A stretch of DNA of 64,000 nt. It comes from Opitutia bacterium (lineage in GTDB: Bacteria; Verrucomicrobiota; Verrucomicrobiia; Opitutales; Opitutaceae). Each line of letters starts with the position of its first letter. Position 1 is the first letter of the stretch. The notes below the pieces were generated by a model that saw only the letters and a list, made by a program, of their open reading frames with translations, made no database searches and was not told the DNA's origin. Of the stretch, positions 48,195 to 60,166 are shown piece after piece. The stretch spans positions 14,126 through 78,125 of the forward strand of contig CANHJG010000001.1 of NCBI GenBank assembly GCA_947461205.1, given 5' to 3'. The translations under genes were made by a program, and so were the position numbers.

Positions 48195-49286
48195 GTGACC
48201 ACCGACGAAATCAAAGAGCATCTCAAACAAGTAAAATATCCGGGCTTCAGCCGCGATATCGTGTCGTTCGGGCTCGTGCGCTCGGCCGGTCTGCTCGACG
48301 GCGTGGTCAAGGTCTCGCTCGCGCTGACCACCAGCGACCCGAAGGTCCCCCTGCACCTCAAGACCGAGGTGGAGAAATGTCTGCGCGTCATCCCCGGCGT
48401 AAAGGAAATCCTCGTCGAAGTGTCCGTCGCCCCCGCCAAGGCCCCGACCGCCGCCGGGGCCGTCCAAGGCGGAAACCTCGCGGGTAACAACGCCGCTCCG
48501 AAGGCCATCCAGTATGCCGTCGCCATCGCTTCGGGCAAGGGCGGCGTCGGCAAGAGCACCTTCTCCGTCAACCTCGCCGCGGCCCTCGCCCAACTCCTCA
48601 GCGCCCAAGGCCGGCCGGGCCGCGTCGGCCTCATGGACTGCGATATTTACGGCCCGAGCGTGCCCCTCATGATGGGCCTCCACGGCCGGCCCGAGGTCGA
48701 CGGCGACTCGCTCGTGCCGATGGAGCGCCACGGCGTGAAGGTGATGAGCATGGGCTTCCTCGTGGACGACAACACGCCGGTCGTGTGGCGCGGCCCGATG
48801 GTCATGAAAACGATCCAGCAGTTCGTGCAAAACGTCCGCTGGGGTGACCTCGATATCCTGCTCGTCGATCTGCCCCCCGGCACCGGCGACGCCCAGCTTT
48901 CTCTCGTGCAGACGCTCCCCCTCGACGGCGCGATCATCGTGACCACACCGCAGCCCGCCGCGACCAACGTCGCCCGCAAGGGCGGCCTGATGTTTCAAAA
49001 GGTGAACGTGCCGATCATCGGCGTCGCCGAAAACATGAGTTTCTTCGTCGATCCCGCCGGCCATAAACACGCCCTCTTCGGCGCCGGCGGCGGCATCGTA
49101 ACGGCGGAAAAACTCGGCACCGTTCTCCTCGGCCAGGTACCGCTGATTCCCGCGATCCGCGAGGGCGGCGACACCGGCACGCCGATCGTCGTGAGCCAGC
49201 CGCAGAGCGTCGCGGGCCAGACGTTCCGCGAGATCGCCGCCGACCTGCTCGCCCGGCTCGCGAAACCCGCCCGCCCGCGCCTGTGA
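48195..49286 (+). CDS. apbC: Mrp/NBP35 family Fe-S cluster carrier ATPase
   Basis: An N-terminal DUF59-like part (IKEHLKQVKYPGFSRDIVSFGLV), the deviant Walker A ASGKGGVGKST and the CxxC-less tail region are present. The start is GTG at 48195 or TTG at 48165. Confidence 0.85.
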   Translation: MTTDEIKEHLKQVKYPGFSRDIVSFGLVRSAGLLDGVVKVSLALTTSDPKVPLHLKTEVEKCLRVIPGVKEILVEVSVAPAKAPTAAGAVQGGNLAGNNAAPKAIQYAVAIASGKGGVGKSTFSVNLAAALAQLLSAQGRPGRVGLMDCDIYGPSVPLMMGLHGRPEVDGDSLVPMERHGVKVMSMGFLVDDNTPVVWRGPMVMKTIQQFVQNVRWGDLDILLVDLPPGTGDAQLSLVQTLPLDGAIIVTTPQPAATNVARKGGLMFQKVNVPIIGVAENMSFFVDPAGHKHALFGAGGGIVTAEKLGTVLLGQVPLIPAIREGGDTGTPIVVSQPQSVAGQTFREIAADLLARLAKPARPRL

Positions 49287-49354
49287 GGATTGCGTAAATT
49301 GCAGGCATTGACACGCCGCGCCTGCTCGCTCTCATTTCGCCTGCGTCACGCTGC

Positions 49355-49627
49355 ATGACTTCTCCTGTTCAAGAACCCTCGACCTCCCGCGAGTTTGTCA
49401 AACAATCCAGCCTCTACCAGGAATTCCTGGCGGAACGGGAGGAGATCCTGAAACACAAGTGGTTGGAGTCCGAACGGCTCGGCTACGACATCGGTTTCGA
49501 GCGGGCGCTGCTCGACTGGATCCGCAAGCACCGCGAAGGTTGGCGCGCCGCCCGCCGGCAACACCTTGCCGCCCCCGGCTCCGCCTCGCCCTTCGCGACG
49601 GCCCCCGTCGACCGGAAAGGACAGTGA
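49355..49627 (+). CDS. small conserved-looking hypothetical protein
   Basis: 90 aa with a helical segment (EILKHKWLESERLGYDIGFERALLDWIRKH). Coding-like, but no family recognised. Confidence 0.55.
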   Translation: MTSPVQEPSTSREFVKQSSLYQEFLAEREEILKHKWLESERLGYDIGFERALLDWIRKHREGWRAARRQHLAAPGSASPFATAPVDRKGQ

Positions 49628-49678
49628 GGCCGTCTGGGGCTGCTTGGGGCCGTCCGCGTCTCCCCTCCGTACGGAACC

Positions 49679-49708
49679 AAAGAAAAAGCCGGGCGATAAA
49701 GCCCGGCC
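49679..49708 (-). terminator. intrinsic terminator downstream of rpmG
   Basis: Minus strand: GCCGGGC-TTTATC-GCCCGGC, followed by TTTTTCTTT. Confidence 0.7.
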
Positions 49709-49745
49709 TTGCCTGACTTGCGCCGCGCGGCGGCGCCGAGGAGCG

Positions 49746-49910
49746 TTATTTGATCTCCTTGTGGAGGGTGTGGCGCTTGAGATGAGGATTGTATTTCTTC
49801 TTCTCAATGCGCTCGGTCACGGTCTTCTTGTTCCGAAACGTGAGGTAACGGGAGACGGGCTTACCCTCTTTTTTGGCTTCTGTGCACTCCAAGGTGACGA
49901 GTTCTTGCAT
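49746..49910 (-). CDS. rpmG: 50S ribosomal protein L33 (Cys-poor form)
   Basis: Not in the ORF track because it is under 60 aa. The minus-strand translation is [54 protein letters not shown]. This matches the L33 pattern (..Y.T.KNK....ER.E.KKY.P....HT.HKE.K). Confidence 0.85.
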   Translation of the reverse strand: MQELVTLECTEAKKEGKPVSRYLTFRNKKTVTERIEKKKYNPHLKRHTLHKEIK

Positions 49911-49998
49911 GGTGATAAATGGTTGAAAGGTGAGGAGGAAAGGGCACGCCCGGGCCGGTGCAACCTCAAACTTCGTCCGTCTTCGCCCCGGCGCCGCT

Positions 49999-51342
49999 TC
50001 AGCGCCGCTTTTCGGTCAACGGCAGCATCACGCCCCGGCGGAACAGCGTCACCTGGCTCGTGCTCGAGGACACCACGATGGCAATGCAGTTCGCCGCCAC
50101 GCTGATCGCCGCCGCCGCCGCATGCCGGCTGCCAAGCCCGCTCGGGAGCGCATGGGCGCTGTCGGTCGCCTGGATCAGACTGCCGGCCGACTCGACCACC
50201 CCGTCGCCCCGGATGATAAACGCCCCGTCAATCGACGAAAATTCCTTTACCGTCTCGTCCATGAACGGATTCAAAATATTCCGCTCCTCCTCCTTGTAAC
50301 CAAAAAAAGGATTCAGTACGAGCGGCTTCACGAACGCCGCCACCTTCTCGTTGTCGCCGACGACAAAGAGGCAGCCGACCGGACGGCCTTCGCGGCCTTC
50401 GACCGCCAGCTCGGTCGCGACCGCGATCACGCGTTCGAGTACCTCGGGCTTCACGTCCGCGGGCAGCAGGTCGGAGGTCTGGCCAGTCAGCAGGGTCTGA
50501 AATTCGCGCTCGATGTCGACCACCACCAGCGTGTCGAACTGGTTGCTGCCCGTCATGCCGTCGAGGCAGCAGATCCGGTCGGTGAACTTGATGACGCCGC
50601 GGGTGAGCGCCACGAGGATCGCGCTGCGCAGCTGCGCCATGCGCTGGTTCGAAAACGAGCGCACCTGAATCGTCTCGGCGAACGCCCGCTCGTGCTCGCC
50701 GGGTTCGATCGGGTTGCGCGTCACGAGAATGGTCTTCAGCTTCGACTCGATCGCGCCGCGCTCGATCCCCCCGACAAACGTGTCGCCAAACACCATAATC
50801 GCCCCGCAACCCGCGCCCTTCGCGACGCGCTCCGCCTCGCGAAACATCAGACGGTTGACGCGGTTTTGCTGCGCCTGCACGGGCCGGATGCCCCCGAAAC
50901 CGCCGATCAGCTGCTCATGGAGCGCATCGAGGTCCGACGCGTTGACGAGCCGGTCGACCAGTTCCTTTTCTTTAACCTGCCGCGCGATCGAGGCGAGCAC
51001 CTGCAGGTAGTCGCGCGCCTTCTCGCCGGCAATCAGCATGACGATGAGATGCACCCGCTCGTCGGCCACGGCCCCGTCGTGGCGAATCCCGATCCGGCTG
51101 CGGCCGATCGCGAGGATGTAGCGGCGGGTCATCTTCACGCGCACGTGCGGCAGGGCCACGCCGAGACCCAGGTAGGTGGTCATCGTGCTCTCGCGCGCCA
51201 ACAGGCCCTTAAGCAACGCGTCCGGTTTCAGATCCGAAAAACTGTCGACACAGACGGCGAGCAGCTCCTGCAGCGCGCCCTCGAGGTCGTGACTCCGCAG
51301 GTCGATGATCCGCCCGCGGGCAATGATTTTATCGAGCCGCAT
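49999..51342 (-). CDS. diadenylate cyclase (DAC domain) with an N-terminal PTS EIIA type-2 domain and a central PK-C-like domain
   Basis: The ATG at 51342 gives 447 aa. The EIIA-2 His context is [11 protein letters not shown]. The DAC motifs are [12 protein letters not shown] and [27 protein letters not shown]. Confidence 0.8.
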   Translation of the reverse strand: MRLDKIIARGRIIDLRSHDLEGALQELLAVCVDSFSDLKPDALLKGLLARESTMTTYLGLGVALPHVRVKMTRRYILAIGRSRIGIRHDGAVADERVHLIVMLIAGEKARDYLQVLASIARQVKEKELVDRLVNASDLDALHEQLIGGFGGIRPVQAQQNRVNRLMFREAERVAKGAGCGAIMVFGDTFVGGIERGAIESKLKTILVTRNPIEPGEHERAFAETIQVRSFSNQRMAQLRSAILVALTRGVIKFTDRICCLDGMTGSNQFDTLVVVDIEREFQTLLTGQTSDLLPADVKPEVLERVIAVATELAVEGREGRPVGCLFVVGDNEKVAAFVKPLVLNPFFGYKEEERNILNPFMDETVKEFSSIDGAFIIRGDGVVESAGSLIQATDSAHALPSGLGSRHAAAAAISVAANCIAIVVSSSTSQVTLFRRGVMLPLTEKRR

Positions 51343-51398
51343 GGCCGTCAGTTTGCTTCGGCGGGGGTCCTTCGCGGGGCGCAACGCCACTCGCCGCG

Positions 51399-51773
51399 TC
51401 ACTTCTCCCACTCCAGCGCGCCCTTTTTGATTTCGTAAACCAACCCGAGCACCAGGACGCCGATGAAAAACATAATCGGCCCGAGAATCGCGATCTGGTT
51501 CGCAAGAAACTCCCGGTAGATAAACGTCCACGGCACCAAAATCACGATCTCCAGATCGAAGAGCATGAAGAGCAGAGCGGTGAGATAGAACTTCACCGAA
51601 AAACGCGTGTGGACGATGCCGTCGGCGGGAATGCCGCATTCGTAGGCGGAGTCCTTGATCTTCGTGTGCTTCCCCCGTTGCCCAAAGAGGTGGCTCGCAG
51701 CGATGATCGTCGCGGTTATGCCCGCGGCCAGCAGGGCTTGGATCAGGAACGGAAGATATGCGGCGGAAGTCAT
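51399..51773 (-). CDS. nuoA: NADH-quinone oxidoreductase subunit A
   Basis: The ATG at 51773 gives 124 aa with three TM helices. AYECGI and FMLFDLEIV are present. Confidence 0.9.
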   Translation of the reverse strand: MTSAAYLPFLIQALLAAGITATIIAASHLFGQRGKHTKIKDSAYECGIPADGIVHTRFSVKFYLTALLFMLFDLEIVILVPWTFIYREFLANQIAILGPIMFFIGVLVLGLVYEIKKGALEWEK

Positions 51774-51867
51774 GACGAGGTGGCTACCATGACTTGTGCG
51801 CACCCGCCCGCGGGCCGCAAGAGGGAATTTCGCCCGTCGCGCGGGTTCCGCCCCGTCCGCCCCGCCG

Positions 51868-52908
51868 TCAGTCGATCGGCACGATTTTCACCAACTTCGT
51901 CTTGGTCGATCCGACCCCGAGCGATTCGGCAAATTCGAGCGTGCGGATTTCGTCGGAGATGTCGATGAACCCGCCTTTTTTCCGCAGGGCGTTCATCCGG
52001 TCGCGCAGCAGCGAATCCAGCATGACCGGGTCCGTGCTGAGCCAGAGCAGCGGCTCGGAGTTCGAGTACAGCGAATTGAAAAACGGTCCGCCGATGAACT
52101 GGTAGTGCTCCAGACTCGCGAGCGTGAACATCCACGTCTGCCGCAGCTCGGGAATCGCGCTCATTTCCGCCACCGCCGCCGGCGCATTGGCCGGCGAGCG
52201 GAAGAACCGCGCCGTGTTCGAGGCGTTCCACAGGGTGGCGTTCACCAGCGCGCCGTTCACTCCCAGCGTCGGATGGTCCGTGTAGACCGGCAGGTTGATC
52301 CAAAAATCCGCGTCGAGAAACAGCGGCGTCGCCAAAAAACTTTTCCGGTCCTCGTCCTTCGTCGAGCTGTTGGACACACCCTCGGTCTGCTTCTCCGCGA
52401 AGATCGGATCGAAGCGCTGCGGGAGCGGCGAATCGTAAAACCACACCGGATCGTAGAACCGGCCCGACTCCAGCACGTAAACCGGATTGCCGTTGAACGG
52501 CGTCAGGCCCGACACGAGCGACGGCAGATAGCCCGTCATCCGCAGCCGCAGCGCATTGAGGCCGACGAGAAAGATGTCCTTGTTCTCGAACCCGCGCCGC
52601 ACGAGGGCCGCAATGACCGCCTTAACCAGCGGCACCGGCGTCGCCATCCCCGGACCGGAATCGGCATACACTTTCAATCCCGCCTTTTTCTTGGCCCCGG
52701 GAACCAGCTTCTTGCCGGTGACCTTCTCAAAATTAGCCAACAGCAGCTCGACCTGTTTTTCGTAGTTCGCATCGTCAAATTTCGCGAGGCGCGCCTGCCA
52801 CACCGGTTCGATCGGCGGAGCCTTCGGCGCGACAGCCGGGGCGGCCGCACGCAGACCGGTCGCAGCCAAGAAGGCCACGCAGAGAAGCGGGAAAACAGGA
52901 AAGCGCAT
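51868..52908 (-). CDS. DUF362 domain-containing protein, secreted
   Basis: The ATG at 52908 gives a signal peptide (MRFPVFPLLCVAFLAATGLRAAA). The overall look matches DUF362 (from memory). Confidence 0.65.
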   Translation of the reverse strand: MRFPVFPLLCVAFLAATGLRAAAPAVAPKAPPIEPVWQARLAKFDDANYEKQVELLLANFEKVTGKKLVPGAKKKAGLKVYADSGPGMATPVPLVKAVIAALVRRGFENKDIFLVGLNALRLRMTGYLPSLVSGLTPFNGNPVYVLESGRFYDPVWFYDSPLPQRFDPIFAEKQTEGVSNSSTKDEDRKSFLATPLFLDADFWINLPVYTDHPTLGVNGALVNATLWNASNTARFFRSPANAPAAVAEMSAIPELRQTWMFTLASLEHYQFIGGPFFNSLYSNSEPLLWLSTDPVMLDSLLRDRMNALRKKGGFIDISDEIRTLEFAESLGVGSTKTKLVKIVPID

Positions 52909-53079
52909 AGTGGTGTGTGTCGCCTGAGACCGGACGAAGTTTCCCCGGAAGCCGAGAAACTTCGGCAAGGCCGCCCGAACTTGACAGCCGGGGGCCTGGG
53001 TTGAAAGTGCATTCTTTTCGGCGCGCACCGCGTCGCTTTATGGAGGGGTTCGTTCCACCGCTCCGCCTTCCACCGCTCC

Positions 53080-54948
53080 ATGCCCGTCATCAAACCCACC
53101 TGCGTCCGCGACCTGAAGCTGCGCGTCAATCTCGCCGACGTCGTCTCCCGCATGGTCACCCTCCGCAAGGCCGGCGGCGCACGCCTCAAGGGCCTGTGTC
53201 CGTTCCACAACGAAAAAACCCCCTCGTTCAACGTCGATCCCGACAAGGGCTACTACCACTGCTTTGGCTGCAGCAAAAGCGGCGACATCATTTCCTTCGT
53301 CCGCGAGACCGAGCAGCTGAATTTTTCCGAGGCGGTCGAGGCCCTCGGCAAACGCTTCGGCATTCCCATCGAATACGAAGAGGGCTCCGGCGGTCCCAGC
53401 CACGCCGACCGCACCCTGCGCCAAGAGGTGTTCGACCTCCACGACGCCGCCGCCGAACATTTCTATCAGGCCTTCAAGGCCCAGGACGCCACCGGCGAAG
53501 CCATGCGCCACCTCTGGACCGAAAAACGCCGGTTCCCGCCCGAACTCGCCGACGAATTCAAGATCGGCGCCGCCGACGCCCAGGGCAGCGGACTCGGCGC
53601 CGTGCTGCTGCGCCGGAAATTCTCCGAGGAAGCCCTCCGCCGCTGCGGACTGTTTTTCATCTACGACGACGCGGCCATCACCCTGCAGACCCTCCGTCCG
53701 CGCTTTCGGGGCCGACTCATGATTCCCATCCGCGACCACCAGGGCCGCGTCTGCGCCTTCACCGCGCGCCAGACGGACCTGACGCCCCAGGACGACCCGG
53801 CCAAGGAGGCCAAATACGTCAACTCCCCCGAGACCCCGATTTTCACGAAGGGCAATCTGCTCTTCAACCTCGACCGCGCCCGCACGGCCGTCGGCGAGGG
53901 TAAACCCTTTGTGATGGTCGAAGGCCAGCTCGACGCCCTGCGCTGTTGGTCCGTCGGCCTCAAAACCGCGATCGCCCCCCAGGGCACCTCGATCACCGAG
54001 GGCCAGCTCGTCCTCCTCCGCCGCTACCACACCAAGGTCGAATGCTTTTTCGACAGCGACAGCGCCGGCCAGAAAGCCGCGCTGCGTTTCCTGCCGATGG
54101 CCCTCAAGGCCGGCCTCGAAATCCGGTTCCTCACCCTGGCCGGCGACGGCAAAGTCGACCCCGACCTGCTCTTCCTCGAACGCGGGCTCACCGCCTACGA
54201 CGAAGTGCGCCGCGACGCCAAGAGCGCCATGGCGTTCGCGTGCCGCGCGGCCCTCCCCGACCCGCTCACGGCATCGGCCGAACTGAAGTCCCGCGCCGCC
54301 CAAACGGTCTTCGAAATCATTGCCCACGCCGAGAGCGAGGTCACCCGCGCCGAGTTCATTAACGAAACGTCCTCCCACCTGCGCCTCCCGCTCGCGGCCG
54401 CCCAGAAGGATTTTCAAACGTTTCTGCACCGCCAAAGCCGCCAGGCCGCCGCCCGCCCCGCCGGCCCCCCGCCAGAAGGCGTCGCCCCGGCCCTGCCGCG
54501 CACCGCCCACACCCCGGAACGCGACCTCCTCCTGCTCTGCCTCCATTTCGAGACCATCGGCAAGCCGCTCAGCCGCTCCATCCCGCACGACTGGATCGAC
54601 CTCGCCCACCCCGCCGGGGCCCTCCTCAACCGCTTCCTCGGCGAATTCGAACACGACCTCTGGCCGGGGAAGGACCACCTCGAAAACCTCCTCGAATCCG
54701 ACGCCGAACGTTCCCTCGTGGCCTCCCTCCTCTTCGAAACCCCCGGCTTCGAAGAGCCGCTCAAGGTCGCCCAGGAGGGTTTGCGCCTCCTGCGCAGCCG
54801 GGCGCTGGAGCCCCGCCTCCGGGAAATAGAACTTGCCTTGGCCAACCCCCATGCGGACATTGAATCTGACCCAATTTCTCTATTGAAAGAACGTTCCGAA
54901 TTGCACCGCCTGCTCCGCCAACCCATTGCGTTGGCCGCTTCCGCCTGA
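53080..54948 (+). CDS. dnaG: DNA primase
   Basis: The zinc ribbon [25 protein letters not shown] and the TOPRIM segment MVEGQLD are present. 622 aa. Confidence 0.95.
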   Translation: MPVIKPTCVRDLKLRVNLADVVSRMVTLRKAGGARLKGLCPFHNEKTPSFNVDPDKGYYHCFGCSKSGDIISFVRETEQLNFSEAVEALGKRFGIPIEYEEGSGGPSHADRTLRQEVFDLHDAAAEHFYQAFKAQDATGEAMRHLWTEKRRFPPELADEFKIGAADAQGSGLGAVLLRRKFSEEALRRCGLFFIYDDAAITLQTLRPRFRGRLMIPIRDHQGRVCAFTARQTDLTPQDDPAKEAKYVNSPETPIFTKGNLLFNLDRARTAVGEGKPFVMVEGQLDALRCWSVGLKTAIAPQGTSITEGQLVLLRRYHTKVECFFDSDSAGQKAALRFLPMALKAGLEIRFLTLAGDGKVDPDLLFLERGLTAYDEVRRDAKSAMAFACRAALPDPLTASAELKSRAAQTVFEIIAHAESEVTRAEFINETSSHLRLPLAAAQKDFQTFLHRQSRQAAARPAGPPPEGVAPALPRTAHTPERDLLLLCLHFETIGKPLSRSIPHDWIDLAHPAGALLNRFLGEFEHDLWPGKDHLENLLESDAERSLVASLLFETPGFEEPLKVAQEGLRLLRSRALEPRLREIELALANPHADIESDPISLLKERSELHRLLRQPIALAASA

Positions 54949-54982
54949 CCTTTTCTCCGACCGCTCCGTCCTTCTCCCCTCC

Positions 54983-56854
<1,872 letters not shown>

Positions 56855-56890
56855 CCCGCCGGATCCCGCGGGCCCCCTCCGTCTCGCGCC

Positions 56891-57283
56891 ATGCCTTTCA
56901 CCGCCAGACTGCTCACGCTGCTGGCGGTGATTTCCTTTCTGGGCGCGTGTGCCCACGTCACACCGCCGGCCACCCCACCCGCCGCCGGCCGCGATGACCG
57001 AACCGCCGGGGTCGCGCCGCCCGCCGCCGACGCACTCCGGCCGCCGTCGCGCGCGCTCGTCGGACGTATCCTAGCCGTGGATGCCGCCCGCGGCTTCGCG
57101 TTCGTCGCACTGGCCACCGAGCCCCCGGTCGCCGCCCTCGCCGAGGGCGCCGGATTGATTGCGCGCACCGACGACCTGCGCGAAACCGGCCGGCTCCGCA
57201 CCTCACGCTACGTCCGCGGTCGCACCCTTGGCGCAGAAATTCTCTCCGGCCAACCGGCCTCGGGAGACGAGGTTGTGTTTTAA
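56891..57283 (+). CDS. lipoprotein, hypothetical
   Basis: A signal peptide with a lipobox (ISFLGAC) is present. 130 aa. Confidence 0.6.
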   Translation: MPFTARLLTLLAVISFLGACAHVTPPATPPAAGRDDRTAGVAPPAADALRPPSRALVGRILAVDAARGFAFVALATEPPVAALAEGAGLIARTDDLRETGRLRTSRYVRGRTLGAEILSGQPASGDEVVF

Positions 57284-57346
57284 GGCCCCTGCGGAAGTCG
57301 CTTTCCCTCTTTACAGGCCCCAACCCCGGCCTACGTTCCCATCCCT

Positions 57347-57604
57347 ATGACCACGTTTACCACTTTCTTCGCTAGCATTATGGGCCTCGGGCCCGGAGAA
57401 CTCGTCATTATTCTCGTCATTCTCCTCGTCCTATTCGGCGGCACGAAGCTGCCCGCTCTCGCCAAAGGACTCGGTCAGTCGATCAAAGAATTCAAGAAAT
57501 CGTCCAAGGACGAAGAGCCCGACGCGAAACCCGCCGCTGCTCCCGTTGCCCCGGCCCCCGAGGCCAAGAAGCCCGAGCCCGTCAAAACCCACGGCTCGAA
57601 CTGA
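57347..57604 (+). CDS. tatA: twin-arginine translocase subunit TatA/E
   Basis: GLGPGELVIILVILLVLFGGTKLPALAKGLGQSIKEFKK is present. An alternative start lies at the internal Met (MGLGPGE). Confidence 0.9.
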   Translation: MTTFTTFFASIMGLGPGELVIILVILLVLFGGTKLPALAKGLGQSIKEFKKSSKDEEPDAKPAAAPVAPAPEAKKPEPVKTHGSN

Positions 57605-57644
57605 GTTCGCCCGCGGCCAAACCGCCGGCTCTTTCGCCCCTCCC

Positions 57645-57671
57645 GCGCGCCTTCACCGGCGCGCTTTTTTA
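57645..57671 (+). terminator. intrinsic terminator downstream of tatA
   Basis: GCGCGCC-TTCACC-GGCGCGC, followed by TTTTTT. Confidence 0.75.
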
Positions 57672-57677
57672 TTGTCC

Positions 57678-60011
57678 TCAATCCGCCATCACATCGTCGG
57701 GCGTTTCGTCGACGCGCTCGCGCACCCACACCTTGAACGCCGCGATCTGCACCGGCGCGCCCAAGGCCAACAGTTCGTCGCCCGCCAAGACCATCTCCTG
57801 AGCCCGCGGATTGAGAATGCGCAACCCGCCGCGGTTCACCCCGGCGATCTGCACGCCGTGAATCTGCGCCGGCGACAGTCCGCCGAGCGTATGCCCCGCC
57901 GCGCGGCTCCACGACGGGATCTGCACCGCTTCCATCCGCACCTCCTCGAACAGTGAATCCGACGCCGGCGCCCCCGACACCGCGCCAAGAAACGCCTTGC
58001 CGCCGTTCACCTGCTCCGACGTCCCCAGCAGCAGCACTTTGTCGCGCGGGTAGAGCACCGCGTCGGCCGGCGGCAGCGGGATCATGAAACCTTGCCGCTC
58101 GATCCCCACGACCGAACATCCGAAGCGCGTGCGCAGACCGAGGTCGGCAATCTTCTTCCCTTGGCAATCCGCCAAGTCCGGCAGCGTGCAATCGATCATG
58201 TGCAGGTTCCACTCGCTGTGCGGCTGCAGCCACGGCGCCGTCGTCGCGGTCATCTTGTTCTCGCCCGTCTCGATCACGCTCATCAGCTCCACCTCCATTT
58301 CGCTGTGCCAGTAAATCAGTTTGCGCCGCAGCACGAGCAACGCCGCGACCGCGACCACCGCGCTGAGCCACAACAACCACTTCGCGGTCCCGTCCGCCGG
58401 CTGGATCGCAGCCAGCCACATGAACATCCCCCCACCCGCGAGAATTTTCAGCCCCGTCTCGATCACTGGCCGCAGCCGCTTCGCGTGGGCGCGGCCCTTC
58501 GTCGAAACCTCGGCGTAGAGCATCGCCATCGCCGACACGTTGCGCCAGATCGCCACGAGCGGCGCGAGGGTCACCAACACCAGCGTCGTCCAGAAAATCA
58601 CCTCGAGGTCGTGCGGAAAGAGCCGGCCGCTCCCCAGCCACTCCTCCGCCATACCGAAAAACTGGCCCGAAAAAACCACTAACCCCGTCACAAACAGCAT
58701 GCCGACGCCCGTCTGGATCAGGCGCTTGCGGCTGAGTTGCCAGAGCAGATTGCGCGAACGCCGCAACTGCAGCCCGTCCAGCCAGCCGTGGTAAGCCCGC
58801 ACCCAGTCCGACAGCCACCGCGGTTGCCGGCCGATCACCGCGTCGGCGATCCCCTCCGAACGCCGCGTCAAAAACGGCGCACCGAGCGTCGTCAGCAACG
58901 ACACCCCGACCGCCAGCGGATAAAACCGCGCCGGCACCACCGCCGCCGTGACACCCAGTTGCGCGATAATGAACGAAAACTCGCCGATCGGCGTCCCCGT
59001 GAGCCCCGTGCGCAGCGCATCCTTCAGCGGCGTGCCGATCAGCGTCAGTCCGCTCATCACCGCCAGCGGTCGCGCCACCAGCGTAAACGCCGCCACCCCC
59101 CCAATCAACCCCGCCGAACCCCACAGCTCGCGCCCATCGATCTGCATGCCGATCGCCACAAAAAACACCGCGCTGAACACATCGCGCATCCCTTCGAAGG
59201 TCCGCTCCACCTGGTGCCGATGCGACGTCTCCGCCACGATTGTACCCAGCAAAAACGCCCCGAGCGCCGGCGAGTAGCCCGCCTGCACCGCAACCACCGC
59301 CATCCCGAACAACAGCGCCGCCAGCCCCAGCGTCTGCAATTCCTCGTCCGCCGCGATGCTCATCCGCTTCAACAACCACGGCACCAGCAACAGTCCCAGC
59401 ACGCCCGCCAGCACCACAAACGCCCCCAGTTGCAGCAACGTCGTGCCCACCTGCGCGCCGCCCCCCACATCGATTTTTACAATCGAGTTCAGCACCGTCA
59501 GCATCACCACCGCCACCACATCCTCCAGCACCGAGATCCCCATCGCCAGCTGCCCCGTCCGCTCGTGATTCGTGCCCGTCTCGTGCAAAATCTTCCCGAT
59601 GATCGCGGACGACGACACCATCAGCATGCCCGCCAGAAACAGGCTCTCCGTGCTCGACCAGCCCAGCGCGACCCCCAGCAGCCGCGACAAATAATACATC
59701 ACGATCGCCCCGCAAAACGTCGCCAGCATCAACCCCGGTCCCAGCCGCCGCATTTTCCGCAGACTCAGCCTGAGACCGATGGAAAACATCAGAAACACCA
59801 ACCCCACCTGCGCCAGCGTCTCGATGCTGCCCGCATCCTGCACCAGAGTAAACGGCGGCGACTTCGGCCCCGCCACGATGCCCGCCACGAGAAACCCGAC
59901 CACCACGGACAACCCGATCCGTTGGCACAGCCACCCGACAATGCCCGCCACCACCAGCACCACCGCGAGATCTTGGATAAAGTGAAGTCCGTGCATACGC
60001 CGCGCAGCCAT
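57678..60011 (-). CDS. CPA2 family monovalent cation:proton antiporter (KefB/C-like) with two C-terminal RCK_C/TrkA-C domains
   Basis: The ATG is at 60011 or 59996. A 12-13 TM Na_H_exchanger-like core is followed by two repeats of a TrkA-C pattern (LRTRFGCSVVGIERQG... and IHGVQIAGVNRGG...). Confidence 0.85.
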   Translation of the reverse strand: MAARRMHGLHFIQDLAVVLVVAGIVGWLCQRIGLSVVVGFLVAGIVAGPKSPPFTLVQDAGSIETLAQVGLVFLMFSIGLRLSLRKMRRLGPGLMLATFCGAIVMYYLSRLLGVALGWSSTESLFLAGMLMVSSSAIIGKILHETGTNHERTGQLAMGISVLEDVVAVVMLTVLNSIVKIDVGGGAQVGTTLLQLGAFVVLAGVLGLLLVPWLLKRMSIAADEELQTLGLAALLFGMAVVAVQAGYSPALGAFLLGTIVAETSHRHQVERTFEGMRDVFSAVFFVAIGMQIDGRELWGSAGLIGGVAAFTLVARPLAVMSGLTLIGTPLKDALRTGLTGTPIGEFSFIIAQLGVTAAVVPARFYPLAVGVSLLTTLGAPFLTRRSEGIADAVIGRQPRWLSDWVRAYHGWLDGLQLRRSRNLLWQLSRKRLIQTGVGMLFVTGLVVFSGQFFGMAEEWLGSGRLFPHDLEVIFWTTLVLVTLAPLVAIWRNVSAMAMLYAEVSTKGRAHAKRLRPVIETGLKILAGGGMFMWLAAIQPADGTAKWLLWLSAVVAVAALLVLRRKLIYWHSEMEVELMSVIETGENKMTATTAPWLQPHSEWNLHMIDCTLPDLADCQGKKIADLGLRTRFGCSVVGIERQGFMIPLPPADAVLYPRDKVLLLGTSEQVNGGKAFLGAVSGAPASDSLFEEVRMEAVQIPSWSRAAGHTLGGLSPAQIHGVQIAGVNRGGLRILNPRAQEMVLAGDELLALGAPVQIAAFKVWVRERVDETPDDVMAD

Positions 60012-60166
60012 GAACACGCGGCCAACCCCCGGGCGCGTCAAGCCCGCCCTCACCCCCGCCACGCTCCCCGGCGTTTCCCGTGCTTTCCCTCGTTGACACT
60101 CCTGGCCCGCGCCGATTCGTTTCCGTCGGCGGCAACGCCGCCCCTCCGCTCCCCGCTCCTGCAATC

